Part shown: positions 61,103 to 64,000 of the stretch, one piece after another
How the letters are laid out: each line of letters starts with the position of its first letter
Numbering within the stretch: position 1 is the first letter of the stretch
Assembly (NCBI GenBank): GCA_043826355.1
Contig: JBDRQI010000031.1
Location: forward strand, 32,001-96,000
Direction of reading: 5' to 3'
Source of the DNA: Candidatus Omnitrophota bacterium
GTDB taxonomy: Bacteria; Ratteibacteria; UBA8468; MWAK01
DNA length: 64,000 bases
Translations under genes and position numbers: made by a program
Notes under the pieces: generated by a model
Database searches by the model: none
What the model was told of the DNA's origin: nothing
The model's input: the letters and a program-made list of their open reading frames with translations, nothing else

Positions 61103-61303
61103 ATTTGCCTCCCCTTAATGCAAGTGCGTTGACGGCAACCTGTAAAAGGTCCGATTAAATCATTGGCCAACGCACATTTCCGTCCGGAAGCGTCAGCCGT
61201 TTTTTTACCGGTGCATCGCCATTGGAATATTTTAGCGCTATTTGTGTCTATCACGTCTGCCGGGTTGGCTTGCCAAAAACGGCTGTCTGAGAAGGGAATC
61301 TCC

Positions 61304-61645
61304 ATGCGTGAACAGACTAATGTGCAAAAACGCATTCTGGAAACTATAACCAGATTCGAAAATACGTATATGTCCGTCCGACCGGAATCGATTCTTGTGA
61401 ATTTGCACGATTCCTATGTTTTGGTGATTCTACATCAAGCTATCTGCACAGCCGAACGAGAGTATGCCCGCGAGCGCCCAGCCCAGGAACTCCTGGAAAG
61501 GCTTTACGCCGGAGTTTTCGATGCAACGAAATCGGAATTGGAAGCGGACATTGCGAAAATCGTGGGACACCCGGTTCAACAGTCCCGCATGAACGTCGAC
61601 ACACTTGCGGGCAATATCCTATTGGTTTTTTTGTTGAAAAAATAA
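61304..61645 (+). CDS. Divergent DUF2294 / MpsC-like paralog
   Basis: RFENTYMSVRP...ICTAER...DTLAGNILLVF aligns by eye with the 60467 ORF. Confidence 0.6.
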   Translation: MREQTNVQKRILETITRFENTYMSVRPESILVNLHDSYVLVILHQAICTAEREYARERPAQELLERLYAGVFDATKSELEADIAKIVGHPVQQSRMNVDTLAGNILLVFLLKK

Positions 61646-61716
61646 AACGCATCATCCGGTAGGCAGACGGTCCGGGTAAATTTCACAGAAATCGTAAACT
61701 AAAACATGGGGGGGAT

Positions 61717-63606
61717 ATGACGAATCTTTATCTGAAGCATCTGGAACCAAAGATGGATGACAACAACTACCGGAAGTTGGCGTCCATTGACAACGCCCGT
61801 CTGCACGCGTTTGTAGCCGACGCCGTCGCACTATGCGAACCTGATTCAGTGTGGATAAGCACAGATTCGGTTGAGGACGTTGCGTACACCCGTCGGATGG
61901 CGGTGCAGCAAAAAGAGGAAATTCCTTTGAAAGCTGAAGGGCACACCGTCCACTTTGACGGTATGAAAGATCAAGGTCGTGACCGGGAGGTTACCAAGTA
62001 TCTGGTTTCAAAAACCGATACTTTAAGCAAGGCGCTCAATCAAATTGAGCGGGAGGAAGGTCTGAAGGAAGTCCGCGCGTTACTAAAAGGCGTAATGAAG
62101 GGCCGAACGATGAGCGTACGTTTTATGACGCTGGGTCCCAACAACTCGGAATTCAGCATTCCGTGTGTTGAGTGCACCGACTCTTTTTACGTTTCCCACA
62201 GCCTGAACTTGCTGTATCGCCTAGGCTACGAGGAGTTCAAGCGGCTGGGTTCTAAAGCGCAATTCTTTTCCACGCTGCACTCCGGCGGCAAGGTTGACGA
62301 CCGAAAGGTCAGCGCCGAACCGGAGAAGAAACGTATTTATATAGACTACGCTACGGAGACTGTTTACAGCGTCAATACGCAATACGCCGGCAACACGGTA
62401 GGACTTAAAAAGCTGGCGTTGCGGCTGGCGATCCGTAAGGCTGATCGCGAGGGCTGGCTGGCCGAGCACATGTTCCTTATGGACGTGTGCGGCCGGAACG
62501 GGCGCAAGACTTATTTCGCCGGCGCATTTCCAAGCGCTTGCGGTAAAACCTCAACGGCCATGCTACCCGGCGAAATCATCCTCGGAGACGACATTGCCTA
62601 TTTTCGTGCGGTCAATGGTCGGTGTATGGCTGCCAACGCCGAAGCAGGCATCTTCGGCATCATCCAGAAAGTCAACGCCCAGGACGACCCAACGATTTGG
62701 GGTGTGTTGACCAATCCCGGCGAGGTGATCTTCTCCAACGTGCTGGTCAAGGCTGGGAAACCTTATTGGCTCGGCATGGGCATGGATACTCCGGTAGACG
62801 GCGAGAATTTTTCGGGCGCGTGGTACAAGGGCAAGAAAGACGCCAAGGATGTTGAAATATCCTGCGCCCATAAAAATGCCCGGTACGCCGTGGCGCTAAA
62901 GGCACTGGATAACTGCGACCCTGAACTGGATAATCCATCGGGAGTGGAACTGGCCGGGATTATGTACGGCGGTCGTGATGTTAAGGCCTATGTACCTGTT
63001 CAGCAAAGTTTTAGCTGGGAACACGGCATCATCGCCTACGGCGCCTCACTGGAAACGGAGACTACGTTCGCTACCATCGGTAAGGAGGGTGTTCCTGAGA
63101 TTAACCTGATGAGCATCCAGGATTTTGTGGCTATTCCACTGGGTAAATATATCCGGAACAATCTCGAATTCGGCAAAATTTTGATGCGGCCGCCGGTGAT
63201 CTTCGGGGTCAATTATTTTCTCTGTAATAAGGAAGGCCAATTTGTCAATGGTGTTCGTGACAAGCATGTTTGGATAAAGTGGATGGAACTCCGTGTCCAC
63301 GGTGATGTGGAGGCCGTCATGATACCGACCGGATGGATTCCCAAATATGACGACTTGGCGCTTCTTTTCCAACAGGTATTGGGGAAAAATTACGCGCGGG
63401 AAAATTACATTGAGCAGTTCACTGTCCGCGTTCCGGAAAATCTGGCCAAACTGGACCGCGTGGAGAGGTTTTACCGTGAAAAAGTGGATGATGCACCGTC
63501 GGTTATCTTCAAGGTGCTGGAACAGCAGCGGGTTCGGTTAAAAGAGACTCAAGAAATGTTTGGGGATTACGTATCGCCTGAAAAGCTCGCCGAAGCGCAC
63601 TTTTAA
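61717..63606 (+). CDS. pckG: Phosphoenolpyruvate carboxykinase (GTP)
   Basis: WLAEHM, AFPSACGKT, GDDIA, HKNAR, YGGR. Confidence 0.92.
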   Translation: MTNLYLKHLEPKMDDNNYRKLASIDNARLHAFVADAVALCEPDSVWISTDSVEDVAYTRRMAVQQKEEIPLKAEGHTVHFDGMKDQGRDREVTKYLVSKTDTLSKALNQIEREEGLKEVRALLKGVMKGRTMSVRFMTLGPNNSEFSIPCVECTDSFYVSHSLNLLYRLGYEEFKRLGSKAQFFSTLHSGGKVDDRKVSAEPEKKRIYIDYATETVYSVNTQYAGNTVGLKKLALRLAIRKADREGWLAEHMFLMDVCGRNGRKTYFAGAFPSACGKTSTAMLPGEIILGDDIAYFRAVNGRCMAANAEAGIFGIIQKVNAQDDPTIWGVLTNPGEVIFSNVLVKAGKPYWLGMGMDTPVDGENFSGAWYKGKKDAKDVEISCAHKNARYAVALKALDNCDPELDNPSGVELAGIMYGGRDVKAYVPVQQSFSWEHGIIAYGASLETETTFATIGKEGVPEINLMSIQDFVAIPLGKYIRNNLEFGKILMRPPVIFGVNYFLCNKEGQFVNGVRDKHVWIKWMELRVHGDVEAVMIPTGWIPKYDDLALLFQQVLGKNYARENYIEQFTVRVPENLAKLDRVERFYREKVDDAPSVIFKVLEQQRVRLKETQEMFGDYVSPEKLAEAHF

Positions 63607-63625
63607 TGGACCGTGAGGTGAAATT

Positions 63626-64000
63626 ATGATAAGTCCGCTTGCAGTCGAACTGAATGAATCAATTCTTCGGGACAACCCGCACGTGTGGCGAATGCTGTCC
63701 AAACTCGGAAAAGAACTGTACTTTCCAAAGGGAATTCTGACCCAGGCGGCGGAAGCCAAACAGAAAGCGCATCGCTATAATGCGACTATCGGGATCGCCC
63801 GGGAAAATGGCCAGGCAATGTACCTTCAGGCTGTAATGAAGTACTTTACCGATCTGGTTCCCGACGAAGTTTTACCTTATGCCCCTTCAACCGGTCTTCC
63901 CAATCTGCGCGTCAAGTGGAAGGAACTTTTGATCCAAAAAAACCCTTCGTTGAAAATCAAGGCATTCAGTCTGCCCGTCGTTACCAGCGGAATCACGCAT
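63626..64000 (+). CDS. Class I/II aminotransferase (runs off the window)
   Basis: MISPLAVELN...YFPKGILTQAAEAK...NATIG...YAPSTG. Confidence 0.75.
   Translation, partial: MISPLAVELNESILRDNPHVWRMLSKLGKELYFPKGILTQAAEAKQKAHRYNATIGIARENGQAMYLQAVMKYFTDLVPDEVLPYAPSTGLPNLRVKWKELLIQKNPSLKIKAFSLPVVTSGITH

Overview
Bacterial chromosomal window from a probable anaerobe; taxonomy cannot be assigned from sequence alone. Left part (1-11.4 kb): housekeeping genes, including a pstSCAB-B-phoU operon whose two ATPases have complementary degenerate motifs. Middle part (~11.4-47.4 kb): an accessory island extending from the 3' end of a minus-strand tRNA-His. It contains about nine copies of the tRNA 3'-end core (GGGTGGC). 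Most copies are followed by a short recombinase-like C-terminal peptide ('DDVRT'), then a subset of two conserved non-coding boxes and a conserved sigma70-type promoter pointing into unrelated cargo genes. Cargo includes a second Pho regulon, AbiE toxin-antitoxin, Fic, a TupA-SET fusion, methyltransferases and many pseudogenes. No intact integrase lies in the window. Right part (47.7-64 kb): fba, a split glutamate synthase/glnA cluster with ANTAR-like attenuators and two MITE-like elements, and DUF2294 (MpsC-like) genes with a structured leader upstream of GTP-dependent PEP carboxykinase. Functional calls come from motif recognition by eye; no searches were run.
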